Shown here piece by piece: positions 1-10,202 of a stretch of DNA of 64,000 nt; position 1 is the first letter of the stretch, and each line of letters starts with the position of its first letter. The stretch spans positions 77,620-141,619 of the forward strand of contig CBDCLE010000011.1 in NCBI GenBank assembly GCA_965218585.1, written 5' to 3'. Made by a program: the position numbers and the translations under genes. Under the pieces are notes generated by a model that was not told where the DNA came from, searched no databases, and saw nothing but the letters and a program-made list of their open reading frames with translations. Origin of the DNA: Terriglobia bacterium (lineage in GTDB: Bacteria; Acidobacteriota; Terriglobia; 20CM-2-55-15).

Positions 1-274
1 CATCGGAGATTCCTACGACAACGCTCTCGCCGAATCCGTTATCGGACTGTACAAGACCGAAGTTATTCGACGGGAGGGACCCTGGAAGGGGCTCGATGAT
101 GTGGAGTTCGCGACGCTGGATTGGGTCTGCTGGTACAACGACAAACGATTGCTGGAACCGATCGGAGATATCCCTCCAGCCGAGTTTGAGCAGCTGTATT
201 ATCAGAATCCGCCGTCCGGCCTCGTCGAGGCCGGACTCAACTAAAACGGTCTCCGGGATTCCCGGGGCGGTTCA
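1..274 (+). mobile_element. IS3-family (IS51-group-like) element, 3' part; transposase C-terminus 2..244 and right inverted repeat
   Basis: Frame 2 reads GDSYDNALAESVIGLYKTE...WYNDKRLLEPIGDIPPAEFE (IS3 OrfB tail); ends in ...CCCGGGGCGGTTCA at 274. Confidence 0.9.
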
Positions 275-492
275 ATGACTGCAATGTTGGGATGGTTCAG
301 AGAAGCGAGTAGTTTGGCTTCACGTTCAAACCGTGCAAGACGATCCGCGTCTTTCGCATACTCTTCCGGCAGCGTCTTAATAGCGACTTCACGGCCAAGT
401 TTCGTATCACGGGCTCGCCACACTTCTCCCATGCCACCCTTACCGAGGAGTGTGCTGATCTCATAATGGCCGAGTTTGGTGCCGGATTCCAT
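275..492 (-). pseudogene. Hanks-type Ser/Thr protein kinase, N-terminal fragment cut by the IS3
   Basis: LGKGGMGEVWRA, VAIK, RFEREAKLLASLNHPNIA motifs; frame runs into the IS end at 274. Confidence 0.85.
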
Positions 493-730
493 CGTTTTGG
501 CAGTGTTGTGCGGTCATAGACCGCACCTACAGTAAATTTGGCTAAACGATACAAGAGGTGAGGGTTATTGGCAAGAAAAGGGTCAAGTCCTCGCAAACGA
601 TCTTCTCGGACGCTGAGAATTACTTTTTGTTCGTTCCCCGCAGCCTCACTGCCAACCCGGCGATAACCCCAGTAGTATCAGCAGAAAACAAGAGCGCCTG
701 TATAATAACTAATTTTTGAGGGGAGGACCG

Positions 731-1528
731 ATGACGGGCACCAAGTTTGAAGAGCTTGTCCAGATCATGGCTAGGTTGAGGGGGCCCGATGGATGCCCGT
801 GGGACAAGGAACAGGACTTCAGGTCTCTGAAGCCGATGCTCGTCGAGGAGGTCTACGAAGTCCTCGAAGCCATCGATAGAGAGGATCACCACGGATTGGC
901 CGAAGAACTGGGAGATCTCCTTCTGCATGTTGTCTTCCATGCCCGCCTCGGGGAAGAGCTGGGCGAATTTGGGATCGACGATGTAATCGACGGCATCTCG
1001 GAAAAACTCATCCGCCGGCACCCTCACGTATTCGGCGAGGAAAAAGCGTCCTCGGCCAGTGACGTTGTCGACAACTGGGAGGCAATCAAGAGCCAGGAGA
1101 AAGCAGACGGAGGAGAGGCTCCTCCGAATGTGCTCGACGGCATTCCCAGAAAACTTCCCGCGTTACACGAGGCACACAAGATTTCCTCTCGTGTGGCTCG
1201 CGTCGGTTTCGATTGGCCAAAGATCGACGCCGTCTTCGAAAAGCTTCAGGAAGAGATTCCCGAGTTGCGCGAAGCGATCGCGGAGTCGGGGAGCCGGACT
1301 CATCGCGACGAAATCGAAAGCGAGCTCGGAGACATGTTCTTTGTCCTGGTCAACATCGCGCGTTTCCTGGAAATCGACAGCGAGTCTGCACTCAAGAGCG
1401 CGAACCGGAAGTTCCGGTCTCGCTTTGATTACGTGGAACAGGAACTACTCCGTGCCGGCAAACCGAGTTCCGAATGGACCCTTGAGGAAATGGAATCGCT
1501 TTGGCAAGAGGCGAAGAAGAAGGTGTGA
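731..1528 (+). CDS. mazG: Nucleoside triphosphate pyrophosphohydrolase MazG
   Basis: GCPWDKEQ, EELGDLL, KLIRRHPHVF, second ELGD; GGAGG RBS before ATG 731. Confidence 0.93.
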   Translation: MTGTKFEELVQIMARLRGPDGCPWDKEQDFRSLKPMLVEEVYEVLEAIDREDHHGLAEELGDLLLHVVFHARLGEELGEFGIDDVIDGISEKLIRRHPHVFGEEKASSASDVVDNWEAIKSQEKADGGEAPPNVLDGIPRKLPALHEAHKISSRVARVGFDWPKIDAVFEKLQEEIPELREAIAESGSRTHRDEIESELGDMFFVLVNIARFLEIDSESALKSANRKFRSRFDYVEQELLRAGKPSSEWTLEEMESLWQEAKKKV

Positions 1529-2844
1529 GCCGTGCCAAAGCAATTCGCGCAGATTGGATCTGTCCGGTTTCAACCCCGCCGGTCAAAGATGGAGTCATTC
1601 TGATCGAAGATGGGCGGATCGTTGAAATCGGACAGGGGGCTCCCGACGGTGTGCCTGTCGAGTTCTTCGACGGTTGCGCGATTATCCCCGGTTTCGTCAA
1701 CACGCACGTCCACCTCGAGTTTACCGTTCTTCGGGGATTTCTTGAGAACCTTCCGTTTTTCGAATGGATCCGCGCTCTGACGCGAACCAAGTACAAACAC
1801 TTAACATCGGAAGATCTTCTGTGTTCGGCGCGACTCGGCGCGATCGAGTGTCTTGAAGCCGGCGTGACTGCCGTTGGCGAAGTGACGGATCTGGGAGCTG
1901 GCTGGTCGGCAATGAACGAATTCGGCTTGCGGGGAGTTGCCTATCAAGAAGTCTTCGGCCCGTCTGAAGACGTGGCACCGGACGCCCTGAGGGCGTTGAT
2001 CGATAAAGTGGACGCGATGCGCGGGAACGAGTCACCCACCTGCCGGGTCGGAGTGTCTCCTCATGCGCCCTACTCGGTTTCGGCAAACTTGTACCGCGAG
2101 GTCTGTGGGTATGCGGACAAGGCGAACCTCCCGATCGCAGTCCATCTGGCGGAGTCATCCGAGGAAGGGAATTTCGTTCGAGACGGGACCGGGCCCTTCG
2201 CCGAATTCTTGAAAGGTCGCGATATCCCTGTCACTGCTTACGGAATCACGCCTATCGCCTATCTCGACAGTTTGGGAATTCTTCGCCCACAGACCCTGGC
2301 TATCCACACCATCGACTGTGATGCCCAGGATGTAGAACTTCTCAAAAAGTCTGGGACTGCCATCGCTCACTGCCCGAAATCGAACCTGAAGCTGGGGCAT
2401 GGAATCGCACCGGTCAGCGAGTTTCTGGAGGCTCGAATCGAGGTCGGTCTCGGCACCGACAGCGTCGCAAGCAACAACGTCGTCGACATGTTCGAGGAAA
2501 TGCGCACCGCGGCCTTTCTTCAGAGAACCCGATCGGAAAGCTCTACGGCGATTACCGCGACTGAGGCGCTCGGTATGGCAACGCTCGGCGGGGCTCGTGC
2601 GCTCGGCTTGGGAAAATATCTCGGCAGCATCGAAACAGGCAAACTGGCCGACCTTGCGGTTGTCGATCTGGGAGACGTCGCACTCCAACCTGTTTACGAT
2701 CCCGTCGAGACGATGGTGTACTCTGCGAGCCGGAAAAGCGTTTTAGCTACTTTTTTGGGCGGGGAACGGGTGAGGGTCGATTCTTCCGCGCTTCTCTCCG
2801 AAGCAAAGGAAATCGCCGACCGTCTCCAATTAGCTGAACTCTGA
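1525..2844 (+). CDS. Amidohydrolase family metal-dependent deaminase (MTA/SAH or aminofutalosine deaminase-like)
   Basis: PGFVNTHVHLE, SPHAPYS, HLAES, HCPKSN, LGTDS; GTGA overlap with mazG stop. Confidence 0.85.
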   Translation: MSRAKAIRADWICPVSTPPVKDGVILIEDGRIVEIGQGAPDGVPVEFFDGCAIIPGFVNTHVHLEFTVLRGFLENLPFFEWIRALTRTKYKHLTSEDLLCSARLGAIECLEAGVTAVGEVTDLGAGWSAMNEFGLRGVAYQEVFGPSEDVAPDALRALIDKVDAMRGNESPTCRVGVSPHAPYSVSANLYREVCGYADKANLPIAVHLAESSEEGNFVRDGTGPFAEFLKGRDIPVTAYGITPIAYLDSLGILRPQTLAIHTIDCDAQDVELLKKSGTAIAHCPKSNLKLGHGIAPVSEFLEARIEVGLGTDSVASNNVVDMFEEMRTAAFLQRTRSESSTAITATEALGMATLGGARALGLGKYLGSIETGKLADLAVVDLGDVALQPVYDPVETMVYSASRKSVLATFLGGERVRVDSSALLSEAKEIADRLQLAEL

Positions 2845-2857
2845 CGACTCCAGAGGC

Positions 2858-3451
2858 TCAGACTTTTCGCAAGAGGTGGCCGAGCTTGTCTTTTTTCGTC
2901 CGCAGATAATGTTCGGTGGTGTTGGAGGGCGGAATCTCGATGGGGACACGTTCAATCTCGTCGATACCGGCTTCTTCAAGAGCAGCAAGCTTTTGCGGGT
3001 TATTCGACATGAGCCGGACTCGCCGGACAGCAAACTCATTCAGAACTGCCCCGCACAGTGTATAGGTTCGCTGATCGGCTTCGAATCCGAGCTGATGATT
3101 GGCCTCAACGGTATCGTGACCGGAATCCTGAAGTTCGTAAGCCAGCAGCTTGTTCATGAGACCGATACCGCGGCCTTCGGCTAACTGATAGATCAGGATG
3201 CCCTCGCCTTCTTCGGATATCTTTTGAAGGGCGAGTTCCAACTGATCGCCGCAGTCGCAACGGGACGAAGAAAAAGTCTCTCCGGTAAGACACTGGGAGT
3301 GAATCCGCACCAGCGCAGACGGCTCATTCCAGGGAGTGCCCATCACCAGAGCGATGATGCTCTCGTTGCCGGACTTTTCCTCGAAACTGAAAATCCGGAA
3401 AGTCCCGAACTTCGTAGGAAGCGCGGCCTCGGCCACTTTGCGAATATCCAT
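2858..3451 (-). CDS. ribA: GTP cyclohydrolase II
   Basis: VRIHSQCLTGE, RCDCGDQL, EGRGIGL, NNPQK motifs. Confidence 0.95.
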   Translation of the reverse strand: MDIRKVAEAALPTKFGTFRIFSFEEKSGNESIIALVMGTPWNEPSALVRIHSQCLTGETFSSSRCDCGDQLELALQKISEEGEGILIYQLAEGRGIGLMNKLLAYELQDSGHDTVEANHQLGFEADQRTYTLCGAVLNEFAVRRVRLMSNNPQKLAALEEAGIDEIERVPIEIPPSNTTEHYLRTKKDKLGHLLRKV

Positions 3452-3493
3452 ACGCAGGCAATTCTAACACGTTGTAGAGGGTCGTTTTAGAGC

Positions 3494-4078
3494 TCAGTTG
3501 GCTGTGGGACTGACGACGATGTCGTCGGGACTGCCCACCACGCGGTCGGGCCCGGAAGACCTGAGGCTGTAACTCCCATCGCCGGATTCATAACCAATAG
3601 GGCTACCCCATGCATCGTCCCGAATCAATTCCGATATGAACAAGGGATGCAAGATGTCCGATAGGTAGCCATCCGGGCTGATTTCCGGAAGGGCCCCGTT
3701 TTCGTCTCGATATGCATTCACCCCAAACGCGAGTTGTTGCATTGCGACGGTGGTCTGTTCGTTGTTCTGCGCTTCCAGAGCCCTGAGGAACATACCGACA
3801 TCGACCCACTGCCGATCACCCAGGCGGGCTGAAACGATCATCCAGTCTCCGTCCGGTCCCCTCTCGAACTGGAACGCCATCTTGACGCTCGTTTCGGCAA
3901 TCATCCGGTCTCCGCTCTCGGTGACAATCCTTTCGATAGCAACGTCGGAAGGAACCAGCTCGGAGTCTCCAAGGCTTGCAATCTGAGACCTCGCGTTGCG
4001 CGCTGACAGGCCCGAACCACAGCCGCTCGGTGCGACCAGGAGAAGGAGTCCCAGTGCCGACAAAACCGCGTATCTCAT
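3494..4078 (-). CDS. Putative lipoprotein with C-terminal GspG/T2SSG-like domain
   Basis: Hydrophobic signal ending PSGC; C-terminal DAWGSPIGY...YSLRSSGPD. Confidence 0.6.
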   Translation of the reverse strand: MRYAVLSALGLLLLVAPSGCGSGLSARNARSQIASLGDSELVPSDVAIERIVTESGDRMIAETSVKMAFQFERGPDGDWMIVSARLGDRQWVDVGMFLRALEAQNNEQTTVAMQQLAFGVNAYRDENGALPEISPDGYLSDILHPLFISELIRDDAWGSPIGYESGDGSYSLRSSGPDRVVGSPDDIVVSPTAN

Positions 4079-4214
4079 AGGGAATATGAGTCTATCACGT
4101 TGTGATATGATCCAATCCAATTCGAGAGTAGCGTATTCGATGGCTGCGGCGAATGCGCTTTTTGTCGTCACATCCAGACTGTTTTCAGCATCTACTCAAA
4201 TAGCGGGGGATCGA

Positions 4215-4910
4215 GTGCGGGTCAACGTTCTTTTCTTTGCGTCGCTGAAAGATATTGTCGGATCGCGGGATCTTACCCTTGATGTCAGCCTCAACTCGAC
4301 AGTGGCGGAGGTTCTCGAACAACTCGAATCGAACCATCCCGGCCTGAAACCGTATAGGCCAATCCTCCTGACAGCCGTAAACGAAGAATACGTAGAACAA
4401 ACCCACACGGTCGAGGAGGGAGACGAAATCGCCGTTTTCCCCCCTGTAAGTGGAGGAGAAGTGTCCGGCCATTCTTTGAGACGAAACCGCCCCCATGAGT
4501 TTTACGAAATCACGCAGGAACCGATCGATTCGGTAAAGATTTCCCGAGAACTGCTGCAAGACGAGGACGGGGCGATCTGTGTATTCGAAGGCGTCGTTCG
4601 AAATCATTCGAAAGGGAAGGCGACCCGATACCTGATCTACGAAGCCTACGAAGGAATGGCCCTGAAAAAATGCGAAGAAATCGGCCAACTTGTCCGCAAG
4701 ACATGGGAAATCGATTCCATCGGCATTGTCCATCGTCTGGGTCGACTCGAGATTGGTGAAGCTTCGGTGGCGGTCATCGTAACGTCACCTCATCGTCGTG
4801 CTGCATTTGATGCCTGTCACTACGCAATTGACCGACTGAAGAAGATCGTCCCTATCTGGAAGAAGGAATATTTCGAAGACGGGGAAGTCTGGGTCGAGGG
4901 ACAGAATTAA
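4215..4910 (+). CDS. Fused molybdopterin synthase MoaD-MoaE (MoaX-like)
   Basis: N-terminal VLFFASLKD...PPVSGG (MoaD) joined in frame to FEGVVRN...HRLGRL...LKKIVPIWKKE (MoaE). Confidence 0.9.
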   Translation: MRVNVLFFASLKDIVGSRDLTLDVSLNSTVAEVLEQLESNHPGLKPYRPILLTAVNEEYVEQTHTVEEGDEIAVFPPVSGGEVSGHSLRRNRPHEFYEITQEPIDSVKISRELLQDEDGAICVFEGVVRNHSKGKATRYLIYEAYEGMALKKCEEIGQLVRKTWEIDSIGIVHRLGRLEIGEASVAVIVTSPHRRAAFDACHYAIDRLKKIVPIWKKEYFEDGEVWVEGQN

Positions 4911-4932
4911 ATTGGGGACAGTGAGCAATTTC
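4909..4932. repeat. Single REP-like unit (GGGGACAGTGAGCAATTTC)
   Basis: Near-identical to the arms of the 16753-16808 inverted repeat. Confidence 0.6.
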
Positions 4933-4945
4933 GGAGCGCTCACTA

Positions 4946-6414
4946 GTACTACTGTGTTACAAACGGTCTATTTTATGTTAGCATCCGGTCATGAGCGCCA
5001 AATCGAAGGCGCCAGGCACTCAGGAAAAACGTTTTGCGGCCTATTTGGAACGCCTGGCGTCGGCCGCAGGACACGCCGATCGTCATGAACCGTTGAAGTC
5101 GTACTGCACCGGGTTGTTGCTGCCGATCAAACGTAAGAGTGTGGAGCCGATGGCTGCACGATTGGCTCCGGATAATGTACGCCGAATGCACCAGTCGCTA
5201 CATCATCTGGTCGCGGATGCGCCCTGGGACGATGCGGCTCTGTTGGCAGAAGTTCGACAGTACGCGCTGGGGGCGATGGAAGCCAACGGTCCGATTGAAG
5301 CCTGGATTGTCGACGACACCGGATTCGTGAAAAAGGGGACCCACTCGGTGGGTGTGGCCCGGCAATACTGTGGACAGGTCGGCAAACCTGAGAACTGCCG
5401 GGTGGCGGTGAGCCTGTCGGTGGCGACAGCGAAATCCAGCTTGCCGGTGGCATGGCGACTCTACCTCCCCGAGACCTGGGCGAAGGATCCGGAACGTCGA
5501 AGCAAAGCCGCTATTCCCGAAGACGTTCGATTTCAAACTAAACCTCAAATTGCTTTGGAACAAATCCGGCAGGCCGTCGATGACGGCATTGCTCCGGCAC
5601 CGGTTCTGGGCGATACGGCCTACGGCAACAACTACAAGTTCCGGCACGGCATCACCGAACTCGGACTTAGCTACGTCCTAGGGGTGCAAGGCACCACGAC
5701 CGTGTGGAAACCGGGCCAGGGTCCCTTGCCGCCGAAATCCTTGACCGGCCGCGGACGGACACCGACCCGCATGCAGCGCAACAAGAAACATCAACCGGTT
5801 TCGGTCAAGCAACTGGCCCTCTCGTTGTCTCCCCAGCGTTGGAAGAACGTCTCCTGGCGCGAAGGCACCTCCGAGACCCTGCGTTCCCGTTTCGCCGCAG
5901 TTCGCATTCGTCCCGCTCATCTGGATCACGAGCGCCACTCGCCGCATCCGAAAGAGTGGTTGTTGGTCGAGTGGCCCAAGACCGCATCCGAACCGATCCG
6001 GTACTGGCTCTCCACTCTTGGGGCCCATACCTCGCTTTCCGATCTGGCCGGTCAGGCCAAACAGCGCTGGATCATCGAACGCGACTATCAGGAACTCAAG
6101 CAGGAACTCGGTCTGGGACACTACGAAGGTCGCGGCTGGCGTGGATTTCACCATCATGGCACCTTATGTATTGCCTCTTATGGGTTCCTGGTCGCCGAGC
6201 GGAGCCGTTTTTCCCCCTCTGCATTTGTCGAGCATGTTGGACTATCCGTCCCCAAACTCCCCAAACACTTCAAACCCCGCGGAACCCCGGATCCGGCCCG
6301 AACGACATAACCCCTGCTCGATTGCCACGCTTCGCATTCGCATCGCCCGCTTCCTGATTCAGCAGCTTCCTCGTTGTCCGTTCTGTGGACCGCTTCGTTT
6401 GTAACACAGTAGTA
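4946..6414 (+). mobile_element. IS701-family insertion sequence
   Basis: Perfect 22-bp inverted match TAGTACTACTGTGTTACAAACG (4944-4965) / 6396-6417; CTA on both flanks. Confidence 0.9.
4991..6310 (+). CDS. IS701-family DDE transposase
   Basis: RKSVEPMA, IVDDTGFVKKGTHSVGVARQYCG, DTAYG, RWIIERDYQELKQELGLGHYEGR. Confidence 0.95.
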   Translation: MSAKSKAPGTQEKRFAAYLERLASAAGHADRHEPLKSYCTGLLLPIKRKSVEPMAARLAPDNVRRMHQSLHHLVADAPWDDAALLAEVRQYALGAMEANGPIEAWIVDDTGFVKKGTHSVGVARQYCGQVGKPENCRVAVSLSVATAKSSLPVAWRLYLPETWAKDPERRSKAAIPEDVRFQTKPQIALEQIRQAVDDGIAPAPVLGDTAYGNNYKFRHGITELGLSYVLGVQGTTTVWKPGQGPLPPKSLTGRGRTPTRMQRNKKHQPVSVKQLALSLSPQRWKNVSWREGTSETLRSRFAAVRIRPAHLDHERHSPHPKEWLLVEWPKTASEPIRYWLSTLGAHTSLSDLAGQAKQRWIIERDYQELKQELGLGHYEGRGWRGFHHHGTLCIASYGFLVAERSRFSPSAFVEHVGLSVPKLPKHFKPRGTPDPARTT

Positions 6415-6573
6415 CTACTCGGTCATGCCGATATTCAGACCACAGCCAATATCTACACGGATGTTAACGACGACGATGTTCAGAAGGCCGCCGACGTGTT
6501 AGATGAGGCCCTGAAGATTTCTTGTGGTACATCTGTGGTACAAACGCCTTCCATCACCGAAGTGGTGCAGTAG
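6415..6573 (+). pseudogene. Tyrosine integrase C-terminal remnant
   Basis: LLGHADIQTTANIYTDV (box II H...Y motif); points toward the tRNA 3' end. Confidence 0.75.
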
Positions 6574-6678
6574 GGCTCAATCGTTCGTAGACGTGATGCT
6601 CAAAGGAAATCCCGCTAAGCCCAACAAAAAAAGCCACCTTCCGGTGACCTTAATCGTTCCCTTATGGGCTGCCTGTTA

Positions 6679-6750
<72 letters not shown>

Positions 6751-6827
6751 TCGTGGTTACCATCTTAAGAACTCTGTTACGGATCGTCAAGCGGACGAGA
6801 GTGGGGGAGGGCAGTAACCCTTTAATC

Positions 6828-7157
6828 TCAACGAACGGATTCGGGTCGAGGGCCGTCGGAGGGTAAGACCAGAATGATTTCACCGGGTCGGACCAGCCTC
6901 AGGTCTTCGCGCGCACGGCGCTCGATTTCGGACGGTTCGGTGCGCAGGTTACGGATTTCCTGTGCCAACTGTACGTTCTCGGTTTCCAGTGTCTGGATCT
7001 CGGCCTGGAGTTCGGCCAGTTCGGTGGTTTTTCGACGGACTTCCAGCAGGCCACGGTCGCTGATCAGGGTTAAGACGAGAGTGGCCAGAGTCAACAGGCC
7101 GAAAACGGCGAGACCCACTCGGACCATCATTCCCTGAGCTATGCTTCGGTTGTCCAT
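6828..7157 (-). CDS. ftsB: Septum formation initiator FtsB/DivIC family
   Basis: Single TM helix, coiled coil, IERRAREDLRLVRPGE. Confidence 0.85.
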   Translation of the reverse strand: MDNRSIAQGMMVRVGLAVFGLLTLATLVLTLISDRGLLEVRRKTTELAELQAEIQTLETENVQLAQEIRNLRTEPSEIERRAREDLRLVRPGEIILVLPSDGPRPESVR

Positions 7158-8548
7158 CGTTCCCCGTATTCGAGGAGCTGCTCCAGTTCCCGGCGGCTCG
7201 TCGCTTCCGCGTAAAATCTGACGACCGGTTCTGTGCCCGAAGGCTTGGCCAGGACCCAGCTGCCGTCTCCAAATATCAGCTTCAGACCATCGGTTCGGTC
7301 TGTCTTCTCAACCTTCTTACCGAAGAAGTCTGAAACGTTGGATGCAATTTTTGCGTCCAACGCATTCCGAACAGATGGCTTAAGCCGAATGTTCAGACGA
7401 CGATTATACACTGCACCGGTCCGTTCAAAAAGGTTTTTCAGTAGTGTGCTCAATGATTTCCCGCGCTCGGCGACCATTTCGGCGACCAGGAGGCAGGCCA
7501 AGATCCCGTCCTTTTCCGGCAGGTGTCCCTGAATCGCAAGGCCCGCACTTTCTTCGCCTCCCAGAATGATCCGGCCCTGTTCGATATATTCCCCGATGTA
7601 TTTGAAACCGACGGGAGTTTCGAGTACCTCCAGACCGTGGAGCTCGGCGACGCGATCGATCAGGTGGGTTGTGGCCACGGTGCGGGCGACGGCCCCACCC
7701 CAACCCCGGCTCTCGACGAGGTAGTCCAGAAGCAGGGCGATGACTTCGTTCGGGTAGACGTAGTCGCCGTTCGAATCGAGTATGCCGAAGCGGTCCGCAT
7801 CGCCGTCGGTTCCGAATCCAAGTGTGAGTTCCTCATGCAGCACGGCATGCTTCAGGCCTCCAAGATTCTCCTCATCGGGTTCGGGGTGGTCGCCGCCAAA
7901 GTAGACGTCGCGTTCGGTGTGCAGGGTATAGGGGGTGATTCCTTCGGATTCCAAAAGATAGTCGAGATATCCCGCCCCGACGCCGTGGAGCGGGTCGTAA
8001 CCGATGCGAATTCCGGATCTGCGGATGGCTTCGAAGTCGATCTTTGTTGTGAGGCTTCTGAGGTATTCGTCCCGGATATCGACGCCTTCGATGTTCTCTG
8101 GCGCCGGAACCGATTGAAATTGCCAATCACTCTTCTGAAGCTCGATGATGGCACGCTCGATACTTTCTGTCACATCAGGTAAGGCGGGCGAGCCATCGGC
8201 GCCGGAGAACTTCAGGCCGTTATATTCGCCAGGATTGTGACTGGCTGTTATGTTGATTGCTCCGTCGAGTTTTCGGTGGCGTACTGAGAAGGAAACAGCG
8301 GGAGTGGGCACAGGCTTGTCCGAGACGAGAGCGTGGATGCCGTCTGCGGAAAGGACGTTTGCAACCTGGGCGGCGAAGTGTTCAGAAGCGAATCGAGTGT
8401 CGTATCCTACCAGCAGCGTCGGTGAAGGTGATCGCTTAAGGATGTGTTGCGCGATTGCTTCGGTTGCCAGCCGTACGTTGGCAAAGGTGAAGTCCTCGGC
8501 GATGATCGCGCGCCATCCCGAGGTTCCAAACTTGATCGTAGCTGCCAT
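7139..8548 (-). CDS. Phosphoglucomutase/phosphomannomutase family protein
   Basis: FGTSGWR, TASHNP, DGDADR, GGEESAG, KPSGTEP. Confidence 0.93.
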   Translation of the reverse strand: MAATIKFGTSGWRAIIAEDFTFANVRLATEAIAQHILKRSPSPTLLVGYDTRFASEHFAAQVANVLSADGIHALVSDKPVPTPAVSFSVRHRKLDGAINITASHNPGEYNGLKFSGADGSPALPDVTESIERAIIELQKSDWQFQSVPAPENIEGVDIRDEYLRSLTTKIDFEAIRRSGIRIGYDPLHGVGAGYLDYLLESEGITPYTLHTERDVYFGGDHPEPDEENLGGLKHAVLHEELTLGFGTDGDADRFGILDSNGDYVYPNEVIALLLDYLVESRGWGGAVARTVATTHLIDRVAELHGLEVLETPVGFKYIGEYIEQGRIILGGEESAGLAIQGHLPEKDGILACLLVAEMVAERGKSLSTLLKNLFERTGAVYNRRLNIRLKPSVRNALDAKIASNVSDFFGKKVEKTDRTDGLKLIFGDGSWVLAKPSGTEPVVRFYAEATSRRELEQLLEYGERWTTEA

Positions 8549-8606
8549 ACCCGTCGCTATCTTAACAGTCGTTTCTCAGTAAATGACGGGAAGGTATCCG
8601 CCCTTT

Positions 8607-8924
8607 ATGACTGAATCAATGATCGCCATGGTGACCTGCGGATCACGTGACGAAGCGGGAGCGATTGCCGAAGCACTCGTCTCCGAGAAGCTCGCCGCTT
8701 GTGTGAACGTGGTTTCTTCAGTTGAATCCTGCTATCGGTGGGAGGGCCGGTTGAATTGGGATGCCGAATGCCTGCTGGTAATCAAGACTACTGCTGGCGG
8801 CGTCGATCGGGTCCGGCAGCGTGTTCTCGAGCTTCACAGCTACGATCTGCCGGAGTTCGTCGCCTTCAAGATCGACAACGGATCCGAATCTTACTTGAAG
8901 TGGATTGAAGACTCAGTGGATTAG
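8607..8924 (+). CDS. cutA: Divalent-cation tolerance protein CutA
   Basis: LAACVN, YRWEG, HSYDLPE, YLKWI. Confidence 0.92.
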   Translation: MTESMIAMVTCGSRDEAGAIAEALVSEKLAACVNVVSSVESCYRWEGRLNWDAECLLVIKTTAGGVDRVRQRVLELHSYDLPEFVAFKIDNGSESYLKWIEDSVD

Positions 8925-8940
8925 GTGAAAGAAATACTAA

Positions 8941-9007
8941 CCGAGAGACGCTGAGGGCGCAGAGGACGCAGATAAATAATTTGTCCGCGTCCTCTGCGTT
9001 TCTGCGT
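8941..9007. repeat. CGCAGAG-type hairpin repeat between convergent genes; possible terminator
   Basis: CGCAGAGGACGC...GCGTCCTCTGCG inverted repeat. Confidence 0.55.
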
Positions 9008-9012
9008 TGTTC

Positions 9013-10152
9013 CTATTCTTCAAACGCATGTTCCAGATCCGCAATCAGGTCCTCGATGTCTTCTATTCCAACCGAAATTCGAACCAGACCGGCTGTGACG
9101 CCCAGGCGTTCTCTGTCTTCCTCCGGTACGGACGCGTGAGTCATTGTTGCGGGGTGTGAGATCAGCGTTTCTACGCCGCCCAGGCTTTCGCCGAGAGAAC
9201 AGAGTCGAACGCGTTCGAGAAACCCCGAGGCCGCTTCCAGCGATCCGAGGTCGAACGCGATCATCGCTCCAAAACCGGACATCTGCTGTTTCGCCAGTTG
9301 GTGTTGAGGGTGATCTGAAAGGCCCGGGTAGTACACGGTTTGAACCTGGCTTTTTGAATCCAGATACTGTGCAATCGCCATTCCGTTGGAATTGTGGGCC
9401 TCCATCCGGATTGGAAGCGTCTTGACGCCGCGCAACACCAACCAGGAATCGAATGGTGACAGGATCGCGCCTGCGGCGTTCTGGATGAAGTGGAGTTGCT
9501 CTCCATCTTTTTGGTCCTTCAGGACGGCGACGCCTCCAACACTGTCGCTGTGTCCGTTGAGAAACTTCGTCGTACTGTGGATGACAATGTCTGCGCCCAG
9601 CGCAATAGGTCGCTGGAAGTAGGGGGTCATGAACGTGTTGTCGACGACGAGCCGGCAGCCGGCGTCTCTGGTTACGCTTGAAATTCCTGCGATGTCGCCG
9701 ATGGACATCAACGGATTTGTCGGTGTTTCTACGAAGACCATCTTGGTGTTCGGGCGAATCGCATTGCGTACATTGTCTGCGCTGGATGTGTCGACCCAAG
9801 TGAAGTCGACACCGTAGTTGCGTACGATGCTTTCGAAAAGACGAAAGGTTCCACCGTAAACGTTCTCCGTGCAGACGGCATGATCGCCTTTCTCGAGCAA
9901 GAGCTGTGTGATCGCCGTTTCCGCAGCCATTCCAGAAGCGAATGCGCACGCGGAGGTGCCACCTTCCAGGGCAGCCATGTTCTGTTCGAGAGCGTTTCGT
10001 GTGGGATTTTCGGTCCGGGCATACTCGTAGCCTTTGTGCTTTCCCAGTCCTTCCTGAACGTAAGTAGATGTCTGGTATATCGGAACCGTAACCGCGCCTG
10101 TGGTCGGATCGGGTTCCTGACCTGCGTGTATTGCGTCAGTTCTAAAGCCCAT
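9013..10152 (-). CDS. Cystathionine gamma-synthase/lyase (Cys/Met PLP-dependent family)
   Basis: YEYARTENPTR, ETPTNP, VDNTF, HSTTKFLNGHSD, ESLGGVE. Confidence 0.93.
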   Translation of the reverse strand: MGFRTDAIHAGQEPDPTTGAVTVPIYQTSTYVQEGLGKHKGYEYARTENPTRNALEQNMAALEGGTSACAFASGMAAETAITQLLLEKGDHAVCTENVYGGTFRLFESIVRNYGVDFTWVDTSSADNVRNAIRPNTKMVFVETPTNPLMSIGDIAGISSVTRDAGCRLVVDNTFMTPYFQRPIALGADIVIHSTTKFLNGHSDSVGGVAVLKDQKDGEQLHFIQNAAGAILSPFDSWLVLRGVKTLPIRMEAHNSNGMAIAQYLDSKSQVQTVYYPGLSDHPQHQLAKQQMSGFGAMIAFDLGSLEAASGFLERVRLCSLGESLGGVETLISHPATMTHASVPEEDRERLGVTAGLVRISVGIEDIEDLIADLEHAFEE

Positions 10153-10202
10153 AGAGGCAGATCTTACTTTAATTTTGTGGAATCTGAGTAATCCGGGTAT
10201 CG

